Source of the DNA: Chiloscyllium plagiosum
Taxonomy: Eukaryota
DNA length: 64,000 bases
Assembly: GCF_004010195.1 (NCBI RefSeq)
Contig: NC_057728.1
Location: 7,727,438 to 7,791,437 of the forward strand
Reading direction: 5' to 3'
In this document: positions 52,087 through 62,680 of the stretch, in pieces
Layout of the letters: the number at the start of each line of letters is the position of its first letter
How positions within the stretch are numbered: position 1 is the stretch's first letter
The notes under the pieces: generated by a model
What the model saw: the letters and a program-made list of their open reading frames with translations, nothing else
The model's database searches: none
Told to the model about the DNA's origin: nothing
Program-made: the position numbers and the translations under genes

Positions 52087-52820
52087 GCACAGGAAGGCAG
52101 AGTACTGGGTCAATGGAAAGATTCTTGGTAGTGTGGATGTGCAGAGGGATCTTGGAGTCCATGTGCATAGATCCCTGAAAGTTGCCACCCAGGTAGATAG
52201 TGCTGTTAAGAAGGCACACGGTGTGTTAGGTTTCATTCATAGAGGGATTAAGTTCCAGAACCGCAATATCATGCTGCAACTATACAAAACGTTGGTGTGG
52301 CGACACCTGGAATATTGTGGTCGCCCCATTACAGAAAGAATGTGGAAGCATTGGAAAAGGTGCAGAGGAGATTTACCAGGATGTTGCCTGGTCTGGAGGG
52401 AAGGTCGTATGAGGAAAGGCTGAGAGACATGGGTCTGTTCTCATTGAAAGAAGAAGGCTAAGGGGGGATTTGATAGAGACATACAAGATGATCAGAGGAT
52501 TAAATAGGGTAGACAGTGAAAGACTTTTTCCTTGGATGATGACGTCAGCTTGTATGAGGGGGCATAACTACAAATTGAGGGGTGATAGATTTCAGACAGA
52601 TGTCAGAGGCAGGTTCTTTACGCAGAGAGTGGTAAGGGCGTGGAATGCCCTGCCTGCTAATGTAGTCAACTCAGCCACATTAGGGAGATTTAAACAATCC
52701 TTAGATAAGCACATGGATGATTTTGGGATAATGTAGGGGGACGAGCTGAGAATAGTTCACAGGTCGGTGCAACATCGAGGGCCGAAGGGCCTGTTCTGCG
52801 CTGTATTGTTCTATGTTCTA
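52087..52820 (+). mobile_element. CR1 3' fragment (third subfamily)
   Basis: QRDLGVHVHRSLKVATQVD...LYKTLVWRHLEYC...FFTQRVVRAWNALP; tail ttctatgttcta. Confidence 0.92.
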
Positions 52821-52821
52821 G

Positions 52822-53164
52822 AATAGATTCCCTACAGTATGGAAACAGGCCCTTTGGTCCAATAAGTCCACACCGACCCTCCGAAGAGTAACCCACCCAG
52901 ACCAATTCCCTGAACCTATTACTCTACATTTTCCCCAAACTAATTCACCTGACTTGCACATCCCTGGACACTATGGGCAATTTAGCATAGCCAATTCACC
53001 TAACCTGCACATTTTTCTTTGGATTATGGGAAGAATCTGGAGCACCCAGGAGGAAACCCACGCAGACAGGGGGAGAATGTGCAAACTCCACGCAGTCTGC
53101 CTCGGCTGGAATCGAACCCAGGTGCTGTGAGGCAGCAGTGCTTACCACTGAGCTACCATGCCAC
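52822..53164 (-). mobile_element. HE1-like V-SINE, tail-to-tail with the CR1
   Basis: Reverse complement of the full SINE. Confidence 0.88.
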
Positions 53165-53229
53165 CCAGATATTGGCAGGTTCAGACCACCCGTGATGTGA
53201 GATGGTCAATTCACTGAGTGTTAAGTGGA

Positions 53230-53590
53230 AATTAGTCGCAAGGTTGTAAGTTGAAGCCCCACTGCAGAAAATGAAGCAAAATCTAGGTTGCCATCTCAGT
53301 GCAGTGCTGGGGGAATGCTGTCTCGTCAGGTTTGTCTTTCAGCTTGGACATTCAGTTTTGTTTTCGGCGAACATGTGAAATACAGTGGCATTGTTTGAAG
53401 TCCAGGGCACTTCACCTTGGTGCCCTGACTGAACATTTATTTCTCAATCAATATTTACTAAAATAGATTATTTGGTCATGATCACACTGCCATCTGTGCA
53501 CCTTGCTGTGTGCAAATTGGTTGCTGTTTTAATATTGATTACATTGACTACACATCATAAGTCTTAGAGCATTGAGCACTTTTGGATGTT
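53230..53590 (+). mobile_element. Deu-domain SINE
   Basis: cagtgcagtgctgggggaatgctg...tctttcag...atttatttctcaatc...ccttgctgtgtgcaaattggttgctg. Confidence 0.6.
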
Positions 53591-53619
53591 TGATAGGGCT
53601 GGACAGACTGGATGCTGGG

Positions 53620-53685
53620 GTCAACATTAGAGTGGTGCTGGAAAATCATAGCAGGGTCAGGCAGCATCCGAGGAGCAGGAAAATC
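53620..53685 (-). mobile_element. 66-bp PLE pLTR insertion, family A, with 12-bp TSD, inside an old CR1 3' end (about 53590-54010)
   Basis: CTGGATGCTGGG at 53608-53619 and 53685-53696. Confidence 0.8.
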
Positions 53686-55897
53686 TGGATGCTGGGCTGA
53701 TGATTTCCCTGGCTGGGTGTTCTACAACAGTGGGTTATGGCCTCGTTATACAGATAGATCAATTTAGTTTCCACTGAGGCCAAATAAATTCACTCAAATT
53801 GGTTAATCAATGGCATTCTTTACCATAAAAAGCTGTGAAGACCAGTCACTAAACACATTTAAGAAACAAACCCCATTTCTGGAGACTGACCATCCCAACG
53901 GGTATGAGGACTTTGGTGTTGAGATAAAGCATCAATCAGGACCTTGTTGAATGATAGAATGGGTTTGATGGGTGGAATGGCCTTCTCCTTCTAAAATCTG
54001 TTTCCATATCCTAAATTTGGAAAACTACTGTCTAAATGTAAGCTGTTTGCTTGCTTACTTTCTGTAGATCTATTTGTCTAATGTTTTATGAGTGTGTGCT
54101 ACTTTTAATGTTGATTTTCTGTTGACTGGTAAAGACAATCCCTCAGTGAGCAGGGCAGGGTGAGAAACCCAACAAGAGAAGGGGAGAGTGCAAGGAACAA
54201 AGTTTGGAGATAAATTAGGTTCGAGAGACCAAGAAAGGCATAGGGAAGGTAAATAAACCAAGATAATTAACAAGAAGGAGGAATGATGGCTGCAGTTGGT
54301 ATAGGAAAGTGGTTGAGGTGGAACATGGGAGATAAACAAAGAAAGAGGATGAGCAAACATAGGGAAGGAAGCTTATAGGAGAGAGTGAACAATTTGGAAA
54401 GGAAATATAATAAGGAGACAAAGTGTTGTTTTAAGTGTTGCAGTAAACTTGAATGAAGAGAAAGAAGGGGCCATTTTTAGGGTAGCATAAAAGATCGGTA
54501 AAAGTGCAAATAAAAAATGAGTGCTGAGATATTTGTGTACGTGCATGAGAGAGAATGAGGCTGAAATTGTTGCTAAGTTCAGAGTCCCTCTGAGCAAATT
54601 GCACTTCAACCCTTGTTTCCCTTTCTGACATTTCCCTTGCAGCTGATCAAAATTCATTGAGAAACCCAATAATTCATTCGTCCGTCACCATGAGACGTAG
54701 GAGCCACTTGAAAAATGTGACCTTCATTTTAAAAACAAGCTTTCTATGTCTGGCTTAGAATTTAGAAATCTCCAGACAGTGCATTCTCTGGCCAGCCTGT
54801 CTGGACCAAAGGATAAAGAGAGAGATCCTCCCCTGCATATTGCATTTCAGTCACAGAGCAGAGTACCTCTTAGACGCTTCATGTAATGAGTTACTGCTGT
54901 ACAATATCCAAAGTTATATTGGCAAATATAGCTATCGGCTTATATTGGTGCAAGTAGCCATGCTAGTATGATCATTTAATCTGTTTTGTCAACAAGAATA
55001 TGAGAGCAATGAATATTGGTCTGAATGTGACATTTATGCTTAACGCAAGAACTTTTAACAGCCCCGAAACAATTCAGTCAATTTTGTCCATACATTGACA
55101 ACGCCCAGAAATGCAGCATTCACTCACTTCTCATAATGATATCAGCTATTCAGATGTGATCGGAGCTTGAGCTTATAACTGTCTGATGCAGTGGAGGGGG
55201 TGTGATCTCTGGAGTGACTCTCAAAACAAGTGGATAGCAGTTGTCAGAGTAGCTCTTCGCTGATGTAGAGAGAGGGATTTTATTGTCTGGCTTTTTACCG
55301 CGATTTGATATAACACATTATTTGTATTGTCGTTATGTGCAGCCAGCTTGTAATCACAGTTCAAACCTTTACTACGCACTTTGGAGGCAATCTGACTGGT
55401 ATATATGCTGCTGATTGAATTTTTTGGTAAATTAATGTAGCGCCCACATCATTTTGGGATAAACGTTACACTAGTAAATAAAATGACAGAAATTTGCCAC
55501 TTTTTGTGACAGTAATACGAGTATAAAATGTGGAATGAGAAAAGACCGCTCTGATATGAATTCACAAGGGCACAGAACTCTTAGATCACAAAATTTCACT
55601 TCAATAACCTGAAGGTAGGTGAACACTTGAGGGCATTATCAAGGGAATGCGGCCTTGCTTGAGCTGCCATCTTTTGCATATGAGATGAAACCACAGGTCT
55701 GCCCTCAAAGATGGGGGTCAGTGATTTTTTTTGGGGGGGCGCTGTTTGCAACTACTGGTATTTGATTCCAGAGATATTTTCAGTGTATGAGCAGCACACA
55801 TCCTGCACTAAGCATTCAGACACAGTGTTTGAAAAGATTTGTAACTCAGGTTATGGATGAGGTTGCAGATTCGTTCACCAAGCCAGTGTGGTTTTCT

Positions 55898-55937
55898 GCA
55901 GACGTTTTGTCACCTCGCGAGGTGACATCATCAGTGT
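55898..55937 (-). ncRNA. Hammerhead motif in family-D pLTR (G12 mutated)
   Basis: aca-CUGAUGA-U-GUCACCU cgcg AGGUGAC-AAAA-CGUC-ugc; a deleted counterpart lies at 56967-56994 (+). Confidence 0.6.
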
Positions 55938-56071
55938 GCCTTCAATAAAGTGTTGGTGGTTCTATCCCACCTGGTGTTTGTCCGTCTGTTTGTTGGTACT
56001 TGCGGTTCTGTATCTGAGCAGTTTGTATACAGGGTCTAGTTCAATGTGCTTCTTGATTGAGTTCCTGTTGG

Positions 56072-56273
56072 TGTCTGGATTAGAGTGGTGCTGGAAAAGT
56101 GACGTTTCAGGCAAAAAGCCCTTCATCTGGAATAGAGCTATTCCTGATGAAGGGTTTTTGCCCTAAACATTGATTTTCCTGCTCCTCGGATGCTGCCTGA
56201 CCTGTTATGCTTTTCCAGCACCACTCTAGTCTATGCTCTGGTTTCCAGCATCTGCAGTCCTTGTTTTCACCTA
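56072..56273. mobile_element. Family-A hairpin nested inside the family-D PLE, 8-bp TSD
   Basis: CCTGTTGG at 56064-56071 and 56274-56281; the host reading frame joins across it. Confidence 0.85.
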
Positions 56274-58039
56274 CCTGTTGGAGTGCCAGGCTTCAAGGAA
56301 TTCTCTGGCGTGTCTCTGTTTTGCCTCTGCTAGAGTGGTTACGTTCTCCCAGTTGGGTCTGTGTCCTTTATTTGTGTGGTTGAAAATGAGAGTGCTGGTC
56401 ATGTCTGGCAGTGGCAAGTTGGTGTTCGTACACTCGTCTGATCAGTTTTCTTTCTGTTTGTCCTATGTAGTGTTTTTCCCCAATCCTTGCAGGGTATCTT
56501 GTAAATCATGTTCATCCTGTTGGATGTGGGTGTCAGGTCTTTAACCTTTTGTGAGAAGCTGGTGAAAGGTGTTCACTGGTTTGTGGGCTGCTATGATTCC
56601 TAAGGGCTTGAGTACTTGTTTCTGATATATCTTTGATGTATGGTGTAGTCACTTGCGTGCCTGGTCGCGTAGTGTTTCCTCCTTTAGGTTTGTTGAGCAT
56701 GTATCAGAGGATAGTGCTCTTGGGACACCCGCTTCGTTTAAATCCCTTGAATAGGTGTTCCTCTTCTGCCTTCTGGAGTTCCTCCACACAGACAACAAAG
56801 GACACTAATTCCACCGGGACAATGTAACCTTCATAGCAGAGGCAAAAACAGAGACACATTGAACTGGACCCCGTATACAAACCACTCAGATACAGAACCG
56901 GATGTATCAACAAACAGAGTCACATAAATACCAGGTGGGATGGACCACCAACACTTTATCAAAGACGCACTGACGAGGTCACCAAAATGTCTGCCGTAAA
57001 CTACACCGGCTTGGCGAACGAATCTACGACCTCATTCAATCACGTTTTTTGGGCTTTATCTCACTTTTTTGCTCTGAAGTCTGATTTTGAGAGTTTGGCC
57101 AATCCAGGGAAGACTTTGTCATTGTCATATTCATTCATCGCTGAAAGTCTCTTAGAAAGGTCTGCGATGCCCAGGATCAATAAGACTGTTTAGTTCCAAA
57201 CTTTTTAACTTAGCACTTGTGTCTTCTCATTTGGCTCTCACGATCAGAGTTAGGTAAGCATTACTTGTCAATTTTCATGATCATTGTTAGCATCTCACAT
57301 ACCTGCACAAATGATCTGTAAGCGAAACATCCATCTGCACCAAATATGCAGATCAATTTCAAAAACTGGGGACGAAATATGAAAACTGGAATGAAAAGAC
57401 AGCTGGATTCTTCTGACCCCCCAGACTTATGCTTGTTGTGACAAAATGTCTTCCATTCTGGGAGTTTCTTCACGAACTTAGAGACCTAAGTACCAGAAAT
57501 ATCCTTATTGTACATCTCAGAAGTTTTCCAACGCATCACTGCCTTTTCAAGGTCAGACTTGAATGTTATTTTACTGGGAAGTGATACTTAGAATACATAC
57601 AAGATGGGAAAATGATATTTTCAGTATATGGACAAATGTCTTTGAGATGTAGCTTAGATGTTGATTATCCTCAACAGTAAGATTCTAACTGAGCAGATGC
57701 TTTCAGTTAAAGGTCGATAAATACATCTTGATCCTTTGCCTTTGTTGTTAGTAGTGGCGCTGGTCTGAGTAGTCAACATATCTGGTACAAATATTATGAA
57801 ACATACTCTGAAATCAAGTTGCTGTTTACAAGCCAACCCCAGTTTGAATTCAGCCAGCGTCCTCCATTTTGGTCATTTGAGTTTATATTTTTCAATTCAA
57901 ATCCTTTGTGTTATTATTTTTGCCCTGGTGTATGAACTTTTCTTCATTGCAAGCATTCTTCAAGGTGAATCTCAAAATATATATCCAAGTCTCATCCCTG
58001 AGATTTAAAGCAGGATTATAGCTCAAAAAATCAGTGTGG

Positions 58040-58700
58040 CACTAAAGGATGTGCCAGTTTCAGTATGTAAAAAGCACGGCAAGAGAGGGTGTAAAGCTAG
58101 ATTTACTAATGGGAAGTTAACTAGGAAAGATGAGGAATGTAAAAGCAGGGGGTGCATCTTGGGACTAATGATCACAGTATAGTAAGGTTTGAGATGAAAG
58201 TTGAGAAGCATCGAAGTGAGACAAAGATTGGAGGAATAAGTTGGAGGAGGGGTCTGAGTTTAACAGAATGAGAATTTAATGAGGGAAAAAATTACAGATG
58301 ACCAATCACCTAAAACAGCAATGTGAAGCGTGGAGTGCAGAAGAAATGCATCTCATTGAACTGCAATATTGTCACTCCATGATCTATAAGGAAAGAGAGT
58401 AAAGTCAAACAAATGAAAATATACACTACACAAGTGCAGACATAAAAATGGATAATGTACAGTAATACAAAATTGTTAGGAAGAAGCCAATAAGATGGTC
58501 AGAAGATAATTCAAAATTAAATCATCAAAGTAAAGGAAATTAAATAGGAAGATATTTCAGAGGTGCAGAGAAGTAACCAGAAAAATCAGGATGGTATCAT
58601 TAAATACTTACGATATTAATCTCTCATCTGTAATGGCAAAGAATATTAAAAACTGCTTTGCCTCAATTTTTATGAACCAGATAAATACCATGGACGTTAC
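58040..58700 (+). mobile_element. Very old CR1 endonuclease-end/tether remnant
   Basis: catcttgggactaatgatcacagtatagtaaggttt = HLGTNDHSIVRF (SDH motif). Confidence 0.4.
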
Positions 58701-58889
58701 TTTGGAACAAAATATAGGCCTGGGTTTTGTGATCAGCTGAGAGGCAACAGCATTTGTCACTGACCAGAAAGAAAGCTGCGCAAAAAGGTTCTGGCAATCT
58801 CTGTGGCCTGAAATTCCCCTTGTCTGAGAGCAGTTTAAATCTGGCACGCAGTTCAAGAGATTTCCAAACACGTGTTGCCAGAAAACTGA

Positions 58890-59006
58890 GAGAACAAAAC
58901 AATCAGAAACAAGAACAGAAATTGCTGGAGAAACTCTGGTCTAGCAGCATCTGGGATGAGAAAGCTGAATTAACGTTTAAAGTCCAGTGACGCTGCTTCA
59001 GAACTG
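58890..59006 (-). mobile_element. PLE pLTR fragment, family E
   Basis: Similar to 46095-46220 and 62555-62680. Confidence 0.7.
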
Positions 59007-59264
59007 TAGTCACATTGAAGTAGTCTTAGAAATAAACCAAAGCTGCAATTTAAGAGCATTAAAACTCTTACTTTAATAATAGCCTTCAGAATGTGAAATG
59101 AATGATTGCAATAATGGGTTTACAATAGAAAATAAAGATGAACTTTAAAACAAAACTAAAACTGTGTATAGACATAAATTAGAAATGTGATTATGAGAGC
59201 AAGGTGATGAACTGAAATGGCAAGCGACTGGGAGGTTGAGTTTGGGCTTGCAATTTGAACATGC

Positions 59265-59460
59265 TTCTAGTTGCTTGTTATTTCAATACACCACCTTGCT
59301 GTCAGATGTACATTTCTTTTTCAGGCCTGCTGCAATCTTCAGGAGACATTCATCACAGAGCTGGGAAAGAGCACTTTATTTCCCGATTAGACACTTCACG
59401 TCATTCCAAACTCAACACTGAGTTCAGCAACTTGAGACTCTTTCCTCTCTTCTAATATTG
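59265..59460 (+). mobile_element. Old PLE endonuclease C-terminal fragment
   Basis: VACYFNT...GLLQS...KEHFISRLDTSRHSKLNTEFSNLR aligns by eye to the 46386-46586 peptide. Confidence 0.65.
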
Positions 59461-59539
59461 TTTTCTTACCCCCCCCCCTCTGCCAGAGTGTATCTTGGTT
59501 TCACGTTTCTGTTCACAGTTGAGTTGAACTTCATCCTGT

Positions 59540-60800
59540 TATCAATACCTACTCTGGACAACGCTGAACTGGATGAGAGGGTAAGCTGGGAGGAGGATGC
59601 TGTGTGATTTGGATAAGTTGGGTGAGTTGGAAAATGTGCGGCAAGTGAAGTAGAATGTAGATAAATGTGTAGTTAATTACTTTGGTAGCAAAAGCATAAG
59701 AACTGATTATTATCTGAATGATGATGGATTGGAAGAAGGGAGAACTGTGCAGTGAGAACTGGGTGTTCTTGTCCACCACCTGACAGTAAGCGTGTAAATG
59801 CTGCAGATATTGAAGAAGGGCAAATGATATGTTACGGGGGAGGTGATGGCCCAGTGATGTTATCACTGGATTGTTAATCCAGAAACCCAGGTCATGTTCT
59901 GGGGACCTGGGTTTGAATCCTGTCATGGTAGATGATGGAATTTGATTTCTATAAAAATCTGGAATTAACAATCTAATGATGACTATGAATCCATTGTTGA
60001 TTGTCAGAAAAAAAAATCCATCTGGTTCACTAATGTCCTTTACCTGATATGGCCTACTTGTAACTCCAGACCCACAGCAATGTGTTGACCCTTAACTGCC
60101 CTCTGGGATGGGCAATAAATGCTGGCCTAGCCAGCAACACCCTTATCCTGTCAATGAATAGAAAAAAATGTTGTCCTTCAGAGTGAGAGGGTCCGTGTAC
60201 AAGAGTAGGGATGCCATGCTGTAATTGTGTAGGGTCTTTGGTGAGACCACACCTCGAGTATTATGTACAGTTTTGGTCTTTGTATCAGAGGAAGTGTGTT
60301 TTGGCTATGGAGGGAGTACCACAGATGTTTACCAGGCAGATTTATGGGCTTGCTGGATTGACGTATGAAGAGAGACTAGATTACTTAGGATTGTATTCAC
60401 TGGAGTTAGGATGAATGAGAGGGGATCTTACAGGAACCTGTGAAATTCTGACCGGGCTATTAAGATCAATGCAGGAAGGATGCTCCCAATGAACAGAGTC
60501 CAGAACCAGAGGTCACAGTTTAAGGGTACAGGGTGGACCATGTAGGACTCAGATGAGGAGACATTCTTCACCCAAGGAGTGGTGTACCAGTGGAATTCTC
60601 TACCACAAAGTGGTTGAGACCAATTAATGTTTTCGAGAAGGAGTTAGATGTAGTTCTGAAGCTAAAGTGATCGAAGGATATGGAGAGAAAGCAGGAACAG
60701 TGTATTGAGTTGAATGATCAACCATCATTGTATTGCATGGCAGAGCAGGCTTGTAGGACTTGATAGCCTACTCCTGTACCTATTTTTATGGACTAATGCT
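59540..60800 (+). mobile_element. CR1 ORF2 3' part split by a family-2 SINE
   Basis: LVRPHLEYYVQFWS...YEERLDYLGLYSLE plus tail. Confidence 0.8.
59836..60168 (+). mobile_element. tRNA-derived SINE, family 2, near full length
   Basis: A-box tgatggcccagtgatg, B-box gggtttgaatcc, tail aatgaatagaaaaaaa. Confidence 0.85.
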
Positions 60801-60802
60801 GT

Positions 60803-61060
60803 GTCACTTCGCAACAGCCATTACCCATCTCCTTTTGCTTTTAGCACCTTTTGAGCTCTGGTATCCCTTACTTTTCAATCTGGACCTTTCCGAACAGCAT
60901 GACACCCATCTCATGTGCACCTCTATTCTGTCCCAAAGAACGGTCACTGGATTCAAAATGTTCACTCTGTTTCTGTCTCCACAGATGCTGCCAGACCTGC
61001 TGAGATTCTCCAGCACTTTGTTTTCATTTCAGATCGCTAGCAACCACAGTGTTTTCATTA
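60803..61060 (+). mobile_element. PLE pLTR fragment, family E
   Basis: ggtcactggattcaaaatgttcactctgtttctgtctccacagatgctgccagacctgctgag. Confidence 0.7.
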
Positions 61061-61534
61061 ACAAAAATATGTATTTCCTCAATCATAGGGAAGAAAAATG
61101 TGACTGTTTCCTCAAAGACAAAAATAATTTTCAGGGCAGGCCCAGATCATTAGACTTCGTTAAGGTGTAACTTTTCCATTGGCTTTTCCAGATGGAAAAT
61201 TCACGTGTGGTCGAAGTTATCATTAATTCATAGCATTTCCACTGATTCTTTCTGACATTTGATACACCCAAGTCCACGCAACATCATTGCTGTAGCCAAC
61301 AAATGGCATGCAAAGGGGGGCATGATAAGATCTCAACAACATAGTCTGTGCAACAGGGTACACTGACTAGCAACAGCCTCTGGATGTGTACATGGCACAG
61401 GACATGAGAATTCTAATGAGCTGCTACCTGTCTGAGTGGAGTCACAATGGTGAAGGCTCAGAATTTCAACACCACATAATCTCAGCCGCAAAACAAAATG
61501 TTTAAGATAGAAATGGGGAAATGAGAATAACCTA

Positions 61535-62440
61535 ATCAAACTTGGAGATGATAAGACCCCTGGTCCAGATTGATTTCATCTACAAATAGTAAACAAATTA
61601 GCAGCGGAACAGTTACATATAGAGTCATAGAGATGTACAGCATGGAAACAGACCCTTCGGTCCAACCCGTCCATGCCGACCAGATATGAAAAGGCACAGT
61701 AAACAATTAATCCAATCTTGGACCAAGGAAGTTAGAACAAGTCGAGGCATCTAAAGACCAATTAACATCACCTCGGTGTCTACAAATAGTAAACAAATTA
61801 GCAGCGGAACAGTTACATATAGAGTCAGAGAGATGTACAGCATGAAAACAGACCCTTCGGTCCAACCTGTCCATGCCGACCAGATATGAAAAGGCACAGT
61901 AAACAATTAATCCAATCTTGGACCAAGGAAGATAGAACAAGTCGAGGCAGCTAAAGTCCAATTAACATCACCTCGGTGATATTAGAATTCTTGTTCAAAG
62001 ATATAATAGAAGAACATACAAAGAAATTATGATATTATGAAAAGAAGCATGAATTTCAAAAGGAAGGGTAATACAGGACCTTCCTTCTTGAATAATTTTT
62101 CAGAAATAACAGGAAGACCAAATGAGGGTGATGTTATAAACATTGTCATTTGTTTGGTTTTCAAAGGTCTGATACATTAAGCTCAGAACATGTAAAGTCA
62201 GGGGCAAGTAGCAGCCTGGATAGAGAACTGTCTACAATGCAGTAAATGGAGAGCAGGGGTGCAATGTGATTCCTTGGGCCAATGGGGAGAAATGTGGCTG
62301 CTCAGAAAGCAGAGACCACTTGTTATAAGCAGTACTCGGCCAGACTAGTTTTCAACTTTAAATTATAGGAACGTGAACAAGTCCAACAGTGAAACAAGCA
62401 AAGACTCAGATCCATCAGGTTTTGATTGTTTAAAAGCAAA
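61535..62440 (+). mobile_element. Very old CR1 RT N-terminal remnant
   Basis: KTPGPD*FH (KSPGPDxIHP) and downstream QHGF/TNL/VDVVYLDF-like decayed blocks. Confidence 0.5.
61579..61978. repeat. Tandem duplication, 2 x 200 bp
   Basis: 61579-61778 versus 61779-61978: 6 substitutions, no indels; each unit includes a minus-strand CR1 tail of about 67 bp. Confidence 0.95.
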
Positions 62441-62554
62441 GCAATGCAAATGCTAGTTATCTGAAATAAAAGCAAAATGCCTCAAGCCCTTGGCATATCT
62501 GGTGGCTTCCAGTGGAGAAGAAAGAAGGATGAACACAACAAATCGATGATCAAA

Positions 62555-62680
62555 CCGAGAGCTGCAATGCTGGAAATCTGAAACAAGGACAGAGGTTGCT
62601 GGAGAAGCTCAGCACGGTCTGGTATCATCTGTGGAGAGAAAAGAGTTAATTTTGAGTCCAGTGAACCTTCTTCAGAACTA
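62555..62680 (-). mobile_element. PLE pLTR fragment, family E
   Basis: Minus strand guu-CUGAAGA...GACUC-AAAA..; rest matches 46095-46220. Confidence 0.7.

Larger units (their letters stand above)
55840..57040 (-). mobile_element. 5'-truncated Penelope-like retroelement (family D): GIY-YIG remnant, pLTR and inverted partial pLTR
   Basis: Frameshifted minus-strand translation: TPYIKDISE..LKPLGIIAAHKP..MIYKIPCKD..HYIGQTERKL..VYEHQ..NWENVTTL..REFLEAWHS. Segment 56834-57040 is an inverted copy of the 3' part. Confidence 0.92.
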
